Source: an uncultured Candidatus Bathyarchaeia archaeon (GTDB taxonomy: Archaea > Thermoproteota > Bathyarchaeia > 40CM-2-53-6). Taken from it: DNA of 64,000 bases. Where the stretch lies: the NCBI GenBank assembly GCA_964598845.1, contig CAZRDM010000002.1, positions 35,428 through 99,427 of the forward strand, read 5' to 3'. Below are positions 1 through 9,272 of the stretch, piece by piece. A model generated the notes under the pieces. It was not told the origin of the DNA. It did no database searches and saw nothing but the letters and a program-made list of their open reading frames with translations. The position numbers and the translations under genes were made by a program. Numbering within the stretch: the stretch's first letter is position 1; each line of letters begins with the position of its first letter.

Positions 1-33
1 GGCACTACGGATGCCGTACATCTTTTCGCACGA

Positions 34-1215
34 CTATTGAGACAACACTGGCGTTCCCTGGAATGTGAGCGATTGCAGCAGTGTCTCGTCTGCCTTGACG
101 ATGTTGTCAGGCAGAGGTACGTAGATCAGGTCTGGCGAGTATTTCTGGCCGTCGTGAATTGCCCACCAGAGGAATTTCGCGAGGGCTTCAGCTTTTGCCC
201 TGTCCATGTTGGGCTGCGACGACATCTCTCTGTAGATCAAGATGTACGTGTAGGTTGCTATTGGGTAGGATTGGTCTCCTGGGGCGTTCACTATGTGCAC
301 CCTTAGGTCGCTGGGGTCTGGGTTTCCTGTTGCGGCTGCCGCTGCGTTCCTGATGGTGTCGAGTGTTGGTACGATGAAGTTGCCCGCGGCGTTCTTGACC
401 GCTCCGATACCCAGATGCTGCTGGGCTGCGTAGATCACGTCCACGTAGCCGATCGCGGCTGGTGTCTGGAATACCGTTCCAGCAACGCCCGCGTTGCCTT
501 TGGCTCCCACTCCTGCGCCGAGTGTGTCAACAGGCCAGGTCACACTTGTACTGCGGCCGACGGCGGTCTTCCAGTCGGAGTTCGTTGTGTATAGAAAGTC
601 CGTAAAGGCGTATGTGGTTCCGCTCCCGTCGGATCTGTGTACTGCTGTTATGGCTGCGTCGGGTAGCTTGACGTTCGGATTGAGTGCCTGAAACGCTGGG
701 TCGTTCCATTTGGTGATCTTGCCCATGTAGATTCCCGCGAGGATGTCGCTGGTGAAGTTGAGTGTGGTGCTGTTCGATATTCCGTAGGAGTTGAGGTTGT
801 AGGTTATTGCTACCCCGCCTAGGGTTTCTGGCATTAGGACGAGGCCTGTTGCGTTTCGCAGTTGAGCGTCGGTTAGTGGTGCGTCTGAAGCTCCGAAGTC
901 CACGGTCTTGGCGGTTATCTGCTGTATTCCTCCACCGCTTCCAATCGGGTTATAATTGATTGTGACTGATGGGTTGAGGGCGTGGTACTCTACGGTCCAC
1001 TTTTGTATCAGTGGGGCTGGGAATGTTGCTCCCGCGCCGAGAATTGTTACGGGCTGCGCTGGTCGTGTTTGTGACGTTTGCCCTGTCATGCTCGTTGTCT
1101 GCTGTCCTGAAGAGTTCATTGCTTGGTATCCGAGAGCGCCTGCAATGACGGCTACTATGACGATGCCGATGATCGCCAGCGTTCTCGTGTTGCGTTTAGC
1201 TGATTTGTTCGACAT
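34..1215 (-). CDS. pstS: Phosphate ABC transporter substrate-binding protein
   Basis: GAGATFP, GSGGG, DFGASD and RSDGSGTT motifs with an N-terminal membrane anchor. Start placed at ATG 1215 (MSNKSAKR) instead of the ORF-track 1287. Confidence 0.95.
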   Translation of the reverse strand: MSNKSAKRNTRTLAIIGIVIVAVIAGALGYQAMNSSGQQTTSMTGQTSQTRPAQPVTILGAGATFPAPLIQKWTVEYHALNPSVTINYNPIGSGGGIQQITAKTVDFGASDAPLTDAQLRNATGLVLMPETLGGVAITYNLNSYGISNSTTLNFTSDILAGIYMGKITKWNDPAFQALNPNVKLPDAAITAVHRSDGSGTTYAFTDFLYTTNSDWKTAVGRSTSVTWPVDTLGAGVGAKGNAGVAGTVFQTPAAIGYVDVIYAAQQHLGIGAVKNAAGNFIVPTLDTIRNAAAAATGNPDPSDLRVHIVNAPGDQSYPIATYTYILIYREMSSQPNMDRAKAEALAKFLWWAIHDGQKYSPDLIYVPLPDNIVKADETLLQSLTFQGTPVLSQ

Positions 1216-1357
1216 ACGAATCAACGAGAACGCGCGATAACCGGATGAACTATAAGGCGAAATACCATGCGTTTTCCGGCACATCACGTGAATCTATACG
1301 ACTCACATAACTCACATTCACTAAGCCGGTTGTGCCGGTAGAAAACGGTAGAGGGCG

Positions 1358-2185
1358 ATGCTTGCGTCGAATACTCTTACGGAGTTGACACCGAGCAGTG
1401 AAAAGGATACGATAGTCATGGGCGATCTAAAATCGAAGTTAGCCTGCGAGAATCTGGGTGCAGGATTTGGCAAGAAGAAGGTTCTTGACGATATTTCACT
1501 GGGATTCAAAGAGAACGCCGTCACGGCCATCATCGGCCCGTCTGGGTGTGGGAAGTCCACGTTGATACGTTGCTTGAACAGGATGCATGAGGTGACGTCT
1601 GGCGCGTGGGTGACAGGGCGCGTGGTTCTGGACAACGAGAACATCTACGATCCCAACGTGGACCCTGTGACCGTTCGACGAAAGATCGGAATGGTGTTCC
1701 AGAAGCCCAACCCCTTCCCAACAATGTCGGTTTTCGACAACGTGGCCGCTGGACTCCGCCTGAATGGAATCCGGGATCATAGAGTGGTTTCTGAGAGAGT
1801 CGAAGAGAATCTGAGGAAGGCGTTCCTGCTTGAAGAGATTGGGGACAGAGTCGACGAGTCGGGTGCAAGTCTTTCGGGTGGTCAGCAGCAGAGGCTCTGT
1901 ATTGCGCGTGCGTTGGCGGTGGAGCCAGAGGTGGTTCTGATGGATGAACCGTGCTCGGCGCTGGACCCGGTGGCGACTGCGAAGATTGAAGAGTTGATCA
2001 TCAAGTTGAAAGAGACTTACACAGTAATCGTGGTCACTCACAACATGCAGCAGGCCGCTAGGATATCCAACCTTACCGGATTCCTGTATTTGGGCAAGTT
2101 GATTGAGTATGGGCCGACGGAGCAGATATTCTCGAACCCCCACAATGAGCTTACGGAGCGGTATATCAGCGGAAAGTTTGGTTGA
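1358..2185 (+). CDS. pstB: Phosphate ABC transporter ATP-binding protein
   Basis: [33 protein letters not shown] and C-terminal YISGKFG. True start may be 1397-1400. Confidence 0.95.
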   Translation: MLASNTLTELTPSSEKDTIVMGDLKSKLACENLGAGFGKKKVLDDISLGFKENAVTAIIGPSGCGKSTLIRCLNRMHEVTSGAWVTGRVVLDNENIYDPNVDPVTVRRKIGMVFQKPNPFPTMSVFDNVAAGLRLNGIRDHRVVSERVEENLRKAFLLEEIGDRVDESGASLSGGQQQRLCIARALAVEPEVVLMDEPCSALDPVATAKIEELIIKLKETYTVIVVTHNMQQAARISNLTGFLYLGKLIEYGPTEQIFSNPHNELTERYISGKFG

Positions 2186-2191
2186 ACGCAG

Positions 2192-2818
2192 TTGCCTCGT
2201 CTAATGGATATGGGACTAGAACGGCTATCTAACGCTATTGCGGACATGTCGAATCTCGCACTTGACTCTGTGATGAAGGCGATTCAGGCCTACACTAAAG
2301 GAGAGAAGATCACAAAGGAAGCTCTGGATCGAGCGCATCAATTGTCGATGCTTGGAACAGAGGTTGAGGAACTCGCTGTCGAACTTATAGCAAGATACCA
2401 ACCGGTAGCAACAGATCTTCGCTATATCAAATCCTGCTTGGAGATTTCATATGGCTTCTCGAGGTTTGGGAGATACGCTTACGACATCGCCCAAGTGCTG
2501 GAAATAGCTGGAGACCTTTCAGGATGCGACAAATCAGTCGTCGAAGACATGAGCGCAAGAGTAACCAAAATGATTCAAACTAGCATCAAATCATTTCAGA
2601 CAAGAGACAACAAGGCCGCTCGTAGCCTCCGCCACGAGGACGACATAGTTGACGAGACATACTTAGAGTACACGAGGAAGCTATTCCATGACACTTCTAC
2701 CCCTACTCGCTGTGCCTTGGCTTCAACACTCGTCTTGAGATATCTCGAACGAATCGCCGATCACGCCTGCCACATCGGAGATTCAGTCATATACATAACG
2801 ACTGGGACGAAGATATAG
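2192..2818 (+). CDS. phoU: Phosphate transport regulator PhoU
   Basis: RYQPVATDLR and YLERIADHA PhoU repeat motifs, directly after pstB. Confidence 0.9.
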   Translation: MPRLMDMGLERLSNAIADMSNLALDSVMKAIQAYTKGEKITKEALDRAHQLSMLGTEVEELAVELIARYQPVATDLRYIKSCLEISYGFSRFGRYAYDIAQVLEIAGDLSGCDKSVVEDMSARVTKMIQTSIKSFQTRDNKAARSLRHEDDIVDETYLEYTRKLFHDTSTPTRCALASTLVLRYLERIADHACHIGDSVIYITTGTKI

Positions 2819-2836
2819 TAACAGAAAAGCAGTAAC

Positions 2837-3964
2837 ATGAAATATGCCTCTTCTATAGGCATACATGTGAATGAGTTGAAAGAAACGGAACGATCCTACG
2901 AGGATAGGTATATCCGAAGAGTCCAGCTCACCGGCAGAGGGTCGTACATTGTCTCAATCCCGAAGCAATGGGTTGAGGAAGCTGGACTGAAGAAAGGAGG
3001 CCGTATTGAGTTTAGTAGACAACAGAATCAGGGTTTGTTACTGATACCATTTGAACGATCGAAATACGAAGACGAAAGGTCGCGTTGTTCAATCTCGATC
3101 GCGCCCGATTCAGACCCAGATGCAGTTACACGGATCATAATTTCCCTCTACGTAACCGGTTTCTCAACCATTGAAGTCAATTCAAAGTCTGGCAATCTAA
3201 GCGCCGCAGTTAGAGATAGCATCAGAGACGTCGCTAGAAGCAAGCTAGTCGGGACCGAGGTCGTCACAGAATCATCAAGGAGCGCGACCCTTCAGGTGTT
3301 GCTCAGCTACCCACAATTGCTTGTTCCTGACGCGGTGAGACGAATGAGTTCCATCGAGAGCTCCATGCAACAAGACGCAATGCAGGCTCTTACTAACCGC
3401 GACCATGACTTGGCGAGACAAGTGCTGAAGATTGATGACGAAATCGACAGGTTCAGCCTGTACATAATACGGCAGTTGAAATGGGCTGTTCGGCATCCGC
3501 CCCTACTCGAAAGAATCGGGCTCAGAGTTCCAGTTGAATGTTTAGGATACCGGATTGTCACGAAAAGCGTTGAACGCTCAGCAGACCATGCCGCACGAGT
3601 AGCCCAGAACTGTTTGCTATTACAACAACCCCTAAACCCTGCATTGCTCAAGGAGAGCAATGCGCTTAGTCAGCTTTCCCAACGGATGATGGAGAACGCA
3701 TTACGGGCTCTCTTCGCCGACGATTATCAATTAGCTGAGTCAGTCCTTCTCGAAAAGGAGAAAGTGTCCTCAATAGAATCGAGATTCGTGGAACGGCTAC
3801 TCAGAGAGAAGATGCCCCCCGCCGACCTGTCAGCTTTGCGTCTAGTGTCCGAAAGCCTCAGAAGGATAGGCGAATATGCAACCGATATAGCTGAAGTCGT
3901 CCTAAACCTCACCGTGCAAAAATTCGTTGAACCACACCTCAGAACGCCACCTGTCCAAGGTTGA
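2837..3964 (+). CDS. Archaeal AbrB-domain/PhoU-domain phosphate uptake regulator
   Basis: N-terminal RRVQLTGRGSYIVSIPKQWV (AbrB-like), followed by PhoU repeats (DDEIDR, VERSADHA, LRRIGEY). Confidence 0.85.
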   Translation: MKYASSIGIHVNELKETERSYEDRYIRRVQLTGRGSYIVSIPKQWVEEAGLKKGGRIEFSRQQNQGLLLIPFERSKYEDERSRCSISIAPDSDPDAVTRIIISLYVTGFSTIEVNSKSGNLSAAVRDSIRDVARSKLVGTEVVTESSRSATLQVLLSYPQLLVPDAVRRMSSIESSMQQDAMQALTNRDHDLARQVLKIDDEIDRFSLYIIRQLKWAVRHPPLLERIGLRVPVECLGYRIVTKSVERSADHAARVAQNCLLLQQPLNPALLKESNALSQLSQRMMENALRALFADDYQLAESVLLEKEKVSSIESRFVERLLREKMPPADLSALRLVSESLRRIGEYATDIAEVVLNLTVQKFVEPHLRTPPVQG

Positions 3965-4114
3965 CAAGCACCACATCCCCCTCCCCCAGCAACCGCCTGC
4001 TCCGACTCTCCATCCCCCTAGTCCTCACCGTCATGCTGGGCCTTTAATTCGCGCTCTTAAAACGCCGCAGACAAGCAACTTCCACACTCGGGTTCCACCA
4101 CCCGCATGACCTTG

Positions 4115-4140
4115 GTGGGCCCGGAGGGATACGAACCCTC
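4115..4140 (-). repeat. Copy of the 3' end of tRNA(CAT), att-like direct repeat
   Basis: gtgggcccggagggatacgaaccctc matches 7317-7342 at 25/26 nt in the same orientation. Confidence 0.8.
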
Positions 4141-4323
4141 AATATTGAGGGTTCGAGAGCTTACGCATGCTGTGGGGCCGATGGGATTTTACCCCACCAT
4201 TTGGTGAAATTATTGGTCTGCTGGAGATCTGTTTCGTTTCTGGTTAAGTCCGCGGCCCTCGTACCACTAGGTGACACACACACAAAGGACGGTTCAAACT
4301 GCGATACCGGCACCATAAATTGT

Positions 4324-7104
4324 TCACAGAGTAGTCGTAGGGATTAATCGCCTTCGTAGGAGTTTCCGAGTCTCTTCTACTAGAAGCACCAGGGGCGCTA
4401 GAGAATAGAGGATAACCCAATCCATCCAAGATAATGATGCTGTTCTGAACACCTGTTGAATAATCGGGATGTACACTATTGAAGCGAGAATTCCAATCTG
4501 TGCTAGGATTCCTAGAAATAGCCACTTGTTTCTGAAGGGACTTAATCGAAATGCAGATTGTGAGCTTGTTCGCGCTGAAAAGAAGTTGCCAAGCTGCCCG
4601 GCCATGATGCCTGCCAGTACCACTGTGGTGCCTTTCGCGTAGACTGTTGGGTCTGCGATCGAAGTCTGTCCGAACGCCCATCCTCCGGTCGTCCAAGTGT
4701 GAAAAGCCCAAACTAGGCAACCAACACCTACGATGGCTCCTACGTACAGTGAGCGAAGTAAGGTAGCGGAGCCGATGAGGCGACTCCCGAGGCGGCGGGG
4801 AGGCCTTCCCATTACGTCTGGCTCAGGAGGTTCCATAATTAAGGCCAGAGAGGGAAAAACGTCCATTCCTAAGTCGATTGCGAGAACTTGCACAACTAGC
4901 AGCGGAAGTGGAACTTGAAGGAGTATGAATGCAACGAAGGCGACGAGTTCTGCCCAGTTATGAGTGAAAACGTAGTACACGAACTTTTTCAAGTTGTCGA
5001 ACATGGCCCTGCCAAACTTTACACCCTCAACCAACGAAACGAAATTATCGTCCAGTAATACCATGTCGGCTGATTCGCGGGCAACATCGGTTCCGCCGAC
5101 CCCCATAGCAATTCCGACCTCCGCCTGAATCAAAGCCGGAGCGTCATTAACCCCGTCGCCTGTCACCGCGACTGTTTCGCCTTTAGATTTCAGCGCCCTG
5201 ACTATCTGCAGTTTCTGTTCCGGAGTAGTTCTCGCGAACACGATTTCACGATTATCCAGAATTGCTGATAACTCGTCATTCGTTGCCTTGCTGAGCTCGT
5301 ATCCAGAGACGACCAAGGCCTGCTGGGACGTGACGATTCCAATCCTCTTCGCGATCGCTTCAGCCGTCAGTTCGTGGTCACCTGTCACCATAATTACTTG
5401 GATACCCGCGCCACGGGCTTCTGAAACTGCCTTCTGCATCAAGGGCCTTGGGGGATCGAATAATGCCGCCAGTCCTAGGAACGTTAGGTCGTTTTCAACT
5501 ATTTCGGAGTCAAACCTTTTGACATCATCTGGAAGTACGCGAGAAGCCATTCCAAGTACTCTGAAGCCCTTTGAAGCAAAGTCTTCAATCCGTTTCTCAA
5601 CCATTTCTCTCATGCCATCATCGAAGGACTTATATTCGTTGTCGAGAAAGATTCTGGCACATTTGGGTAGGAGTTCGCGGGATGCTCCTTTCGTGTAGGC
5701 CAAAGTCTTTCCGTCCGGCGCTCTGTGGATGCTTGTCATAAGCCGCCGCTTTGAGTCAAATGGGATCAGTCCTACCCTCGGGTTGAGTGCCAGTGCCTCG
5801 CTTACGTTGAAATCCCCTTTCCCAGCAAAAACAGCGAACGCGCCATCTGTCGGATCTCCCAGCACAGTCCACCTCGGGATCCTGTCTGAAGGCGGGCTAA
5901 GTTTCGCGTTATTGCAAAAGGCGGAAACCTCGAAGAGTGAAAGGACGTGCGGCCTCTCAGCCCTTGTGACACGCCTACCTTCAACCGTTACGAAACCGTC
6001 GGGGCTGAATCCGTCTCCTGTTACCTCGAAAATCTCGCCGTTAGCCCAGAGTTCCTTTAACATCATCTCACCACTCGTGATGGTCCCTGTCTTATCGACG
6101 CACATCACTGTCGCCGACCCAAGAGTTTCCACAGAAGACAGGCGCTTCACTACAACATTCCTCTTGGACATGGCGAGCGCGGTCAAAGCCAACGAGAGTG
6201 ACACGGTAAGTTGGAATCCTTCCGGAACCAGTGCGATCATCACCGCAATAGCGAAGAACAGGCTATCGACAATTGTCAGTTTTAGCAACAGTCCTGCCAC
6301 CGCGAAGAATACGCCACCGACGATCAGGGCAACGACGAAGTCGACCTTGGCCATGTAATCGATTTCTTTCTGTAGGCGACTAAGTGGTTCCTTGACTTCA
6401 CGTGCTAACGACACGATCTTTCCGAATTGAGTATCCTTTCCAGTCTTGAGCACGATCGCCTTGGCGACGCCCGAAACTATTGTGGTGCCAGAGAATATGA
6501 TGTTATGGAAATCTGTAATGCTCTCTATCGAAGTGCCACGGGCGATCGTGGCGAAGCGCCTCTGTGGCTCCGACTCACCTGTGAGGATAGAGTTGTCCAC
6601 GGAGGTTTCGAACGCGGTCGTCAACCTGGCGTCTGCCGGGACTCGATCCCCTTCTTCTAATGCGATCATGTCGCCGGGGACTATCTGTGCCACATTCAGC
6701 TCCTTGAATTCGCCATCACGCAGGACCTTCGCGTTCGCTGGAACAAGATTCGCTATTGCCTGTACAGCTTTTTCCGCCCTATACTCCTGAATCACGCTGA
6801 AACAGGCGTTGACCAGAACGACCCCCAGAATTGCGAAAGCCATTTGGAAGGAGGTCGGGTCGCTGTATACCCAGCCTGTCAGGAACGAAAGCAGTGAGGC
6901 AACTAGCAAAACAACATTGAACAGGTTCTTGAATTGGACGAGAAACTTCTCTGCAGGGTGCGGTCGCTTTGCGGAAGGTAGAACATTAGGACCGTATTCT
7001 TCGAGCCTTATCTTCGCCTGAGTTGATGAGAGCCCGTCGGGTGATGATCGAAGGTCATCAAAGACGCTCTGTATATCTGCGAATGCTGTTTGATCATAGG
7101 ACAA
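4324..7104 (-). CDS. Cation-transporting P-type ATPase (type II, IIC-like)
   Basis: TGES, PEGF, DKTGT, TGD and TGDGVND motifs; LAIDLGMD in the M6 region. Confidence 0.93.
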   Translation of the reverse strand: MSYDQTAFADIQSVFDDLRSSPDGLSSTQAKIRLEEYGPNVLPSAKRPHPAEKFLVQFKNLFNVVLLVASLLSFLTGWVYSDPTSFQMAFAILGVVLVNACFSVIQEYRAEKAVQAIANLVPANAKVLRDGEFKELNVAQIVPGDMIALEEGDRVPADARLTTAFETSVDNSILTGESEPQRRFATIARGTSIESITDFHNIIFSGTTIVSGVAKAIVLKTGKDTQFGKIVSLAREVKEPLSRLQKEIDYMAKVDFVVALIVGGVFFAVAGLLLKLTIVDSLFFAIAVMIALVPEGFQLTVSLSLALTALAMSKRNVVVKRLSSVETLGSATVMCVDKTGTITSGEMMLKELWANGEIFEVTGDGFSPDGFVTVEGRRVTRAERPHVLSLFEVSAFCNNAKLSPPSDRIPRWTVLGDPTDGAFAVFAGKGDFNVSEALALNPRVGLIPFDSKRRLMTSIHRAPDGKTLAYTKGASRELLPKCARIFLDNEYKSFDDGMREMVEKRIEDFASKGFRVLGMASRVLPDDVKRFDSEIVENDLTFLGLAALFDPPRPLMQKAVSEARGAGIQVIMVTGDHELTAEAIAKRIGIVTSQQALVVSGYELSKATNDELSAILDNREIVFARTTPEQKLQIVRALKSKGETVAVTGDGVNDAPALIQAEVGIAMGVGGTDVARESADMVLLDDNFVSLVEGVKFGRAMFDNLKKFVYYVFTHNWAELVAFVAFILLQVPLPLLVVQVLAIDLGMDVFPSLALIMEPPEPDVMGRPPRRLGSRLIGSATLLRSLYVGAIVGVGCLVWAFHTWTTGGWAFGQTSIADPTVYAKGTTVVLAGIMAGQLGNFFSARTSSQSAFRLSPFRNKWLFLGILAQIGILASIVYIPIIQQVFRTASLSWMDWVILYSLAPLVLLVEETRKLLRRRLIPTTTL

Positions 7105-7317
7105 CGAAATAGACCTTCTCTGAACGGTCTCATGCCTCGAAGCCTTTAGTCCGAACCAGTCCAGAATCCTCTATAATAGGCATGCGTCGCATCCAGGAAC
7201 GAAGTGGTGGCAGTCCAAAACCAGCACGCACAGAAAATGAGGAACATCGCGGTGAGGGCGGAGGGATTTGAATCGGAAATGTTCCGGTCGACCCGGTCCT
7301 GTGTTCAAAGGCGAGAG

Positions 7318-7422
7318 TGGGCCCGGAGGGATTCGAACCCTCGACCAGCAGGTTGCTCCGTTGCAACTTATGAGCTTCGACCCATGCTTTCTGTCGCTCT
7401 AGCCTGGCTGAGCTACGGGCCC
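7318..7422 (-). tRNA. tRNA with CAT anticodon (Ile2-like; Met not excluded) with two introns, 30/31 and 37/38
   Basis: Spliced sequence GGGCCCG TA GCTC AGCCAGGCTA GAGC G ACAGG CT CAT AA CCTGC TGGTC GAGGG TTCGAAT CCCTC CGGGCCC A. Introns at 7376-7390 and 7354-7368, each in a BHB-like motif. Confidence 0.88.
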
Positions 7423-7961
7423 TCTGAGCGGTCAGGAGATTGTACTTGCTTTCGCTCAAAAAGCTTCTCAGGCTGTATGGGAAGCACCAGCGTTCAAGTT
7501 GACTGGGTAGACGTTTGAGTGGCGATTTGCGGTCGACGGCTCCCCGTGCGATGAACAGTTCTGGGAGGATTCCTGCAAAACACGGACCCGATAATCATCG
7601 ACTCTTCCTGCGCCTTTTGACCTGTAACAGAAGGAGTGAGACCTCATGTCGGGTTGTGGATTCGAAGAATTGTATACCAAAATGACCGAAGCATGGAGTA
7701 GGCTTTTCAGGCCTTGGTTGTGGACAATTAAATGGTGGTCGACAACATCGGCGGTGGCGATGGCTGAAACACCGGAACTGCGGGCACGAGAATGCCCCCG
7801 GCAATTACCATCAACAAGTAGATTGCAGTCCTGTTGGCGAACTTCAAATCCATTGTTACCAGCTCTTGATTTTCTTCCCGTCAACTGACACAAGGTATTG
7901 CCTCAGCTGGGGAGCGAGGATCGCTGTAACGGCTAACTTCTGCGGGAGTTGGGGTGCCAAG

Positions 7962-8477
7962 CTATCTGAGATGTTGGTTTCCCTCTAACATTTTTTGCCA
8001 GTAGTTTGCGCGCGCTATTGATGGCAAACAGATAGTAACCTGGCTTGCAGTTTGCACGATGTTGTCCGCCTGAAGTTCAAATGTGTCGGTGACCCCATTC
8101 ACTCTCACCGTATAGACTCCTGCCTTCAGTCCGACGACATCTAATGGAATGACCTTCTCGAAGGGAGTAATCACCTGTGCACACACCGCGTCAGCCGGGC
8201 GGGTGGTACTTACTGTGATTATGAATGTGGTGGGTTCGCGCTTCGTTCTTATGTTTCCGATTTCTGTGCAACTATCTGTAAGTTCACCGTACACAACCAC
8301 ATTTACTTGCACTGGAAAGGATTCCAGAATAATGATTCGAACACTCTTGACATTCGCCAGTCCCTTGATCGTGCCTGTATCTTTTCCTTGCTCACTGGCA
8401 TACCACACAGCCATCGAAGAGGCAGCTAATACAAGAACTATTGCAGTTACTGAAACAAGAACGACTCTTCTTGGCAT
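7962..8477 (-). CDS. Hypothetical secreted or membrane-anchored protein
   Basis: N-terminal hydrophobic helix, then a beta-rich domain (ILESFPVQVNV, CAQVITPF, YTVRVNG). Start placed at ATG 8477. Confidence 0.65.
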   Translation of the reverse strand: MPRRVVLVSVTAIVLVLAASSMAVWYASEQGKDTGTIKGLANVKSVRIIILESFPVQVNVVVYGELTDSCTEIGNIRTKREPTTFIITVSTTRPADAVCAQVITPFEKVIPLDVVGLKAGVYTVRVNGVTDTFELQADNIVQTASQVTICLPSIARANYWQKMLEGNQHLR

Positions 8478-9023
8478 ACCGTATCGTACAATTGCTAAGC
8501 TCCATATCATAAGATTCTTGCCTATGGAACATCTGTTCCAAACCGTACGACAAGCGATCATGCTAAGCTTGGTATGGCCTAGTCAGTGCTGTGATGGTTC
8601 TCAGAGGAGAGTTGCCGTGATAAGATGAACGCTTCCGGATCGTGGCCTTGCATAGAGCAAAGTCGCGTGTTGTTTGGCGGCCGTGCTGCTATCGGCATCG
8701 GTTGGTTATCTGATTGCGTTGCATGTGCCAGCTGGGAAGCCTCAGCATAAGTAACCCTTTCATGACCTGAAAGCCGAACTTGCTGTAAGAGTTGACGTTC
8801 CCGCGTTTGTCGGTTTCCGAATAGTCAATCTCCGCATGCAACAGTCACTACTCGTCCTAGATTGTGAGTTTGCGTCGCTAAAACGACGCCACGCTGCAAC
8901 TCAGAGCCTGTTCTCTGCAAATCTGCCGATTCTCTTAGATCTCAGCGGTGTTGCGACACGCTGGTTATGGATTACAGACCAACGCCTTGTGTTGACACCA
9001 ATGGCTAGAAACTAATGTGTGGG

Positions 9024-9168
9024 TGGTGCTCCGGGCGGGATTTTCAGCGCTCATGCGCTTTTGAACCCGCGTCGCTGGCTCTCCCCTTACTCGAGAGGCC
9101 AACATACTCTCGGTGGCAGACGCCTTGACCGGGCTATATTCGGTAGCGGCGAACGCTTCTACCGGAGC
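9024..9168 (-). tRNA. tRNA-Glu(CTC) with four introns (10/11, 20/21, 37/38, 59/60); CCA encoded
   Basis: Removing 9139-9158, 9109-9125, 9081-9091 and 9041-9059 gives a complete cloverleaf: GCTCCGG TA GTAT AGCCCGGTCAA GTAT G TTGGC CT CTC GA GCCAG CGAC GCGGG TTCAAAT CCCGC CCGGAGC A CCA. Confidence 0.9.
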
Positions 9169-9208
9169 CCCAGAAGCCCGGAGCAATCCGAGTAAGCAAG
9201 TTACACGA

Positions 9209-9216
9209 TATTTTAA
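9209..9216 (-). promoter_or_regulatory. Putative TATA box of tRNA-Glu
   Basis: TTAAAATA on the minus strand, 32 nt before the leader copy of the acceptor strand (9184). Confidence 0.55.
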
Positions 9217-9272
9217 GGGTGTGCAAAGTCGCGCTGACGCGTAGGCTGGAAAAAATCGAGAGGAAATGTGGC

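Noticed and set aside
1301..1317. ACTCACAT direct repeat in the pstS/pstB divergent promoter
   Set aside because: Only two 8-nt copies with 9-nt spacing. Could be an operator but cannot be told from chance.
3965..4110. C-rich tract after the phoU regulator (G-quadruplex or Pro-rich ORF)
   Set aside because: Irregular low-complexity sequence with no further support.
7430..7960. ORFs 7468-7893, 7595-7804 and 7646-7888
   Set aside because: No recognisable motifs and frequent stops in all frames. Possibly decayed sequence, but not assignable.
9169..9184. A fifth intron in the acceptor stem of tRNA-Glu
   Set aside because: No register of the 16-nt duplication forms a 4-bp central helix that restores the correct acceptor. 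Treated as leader.
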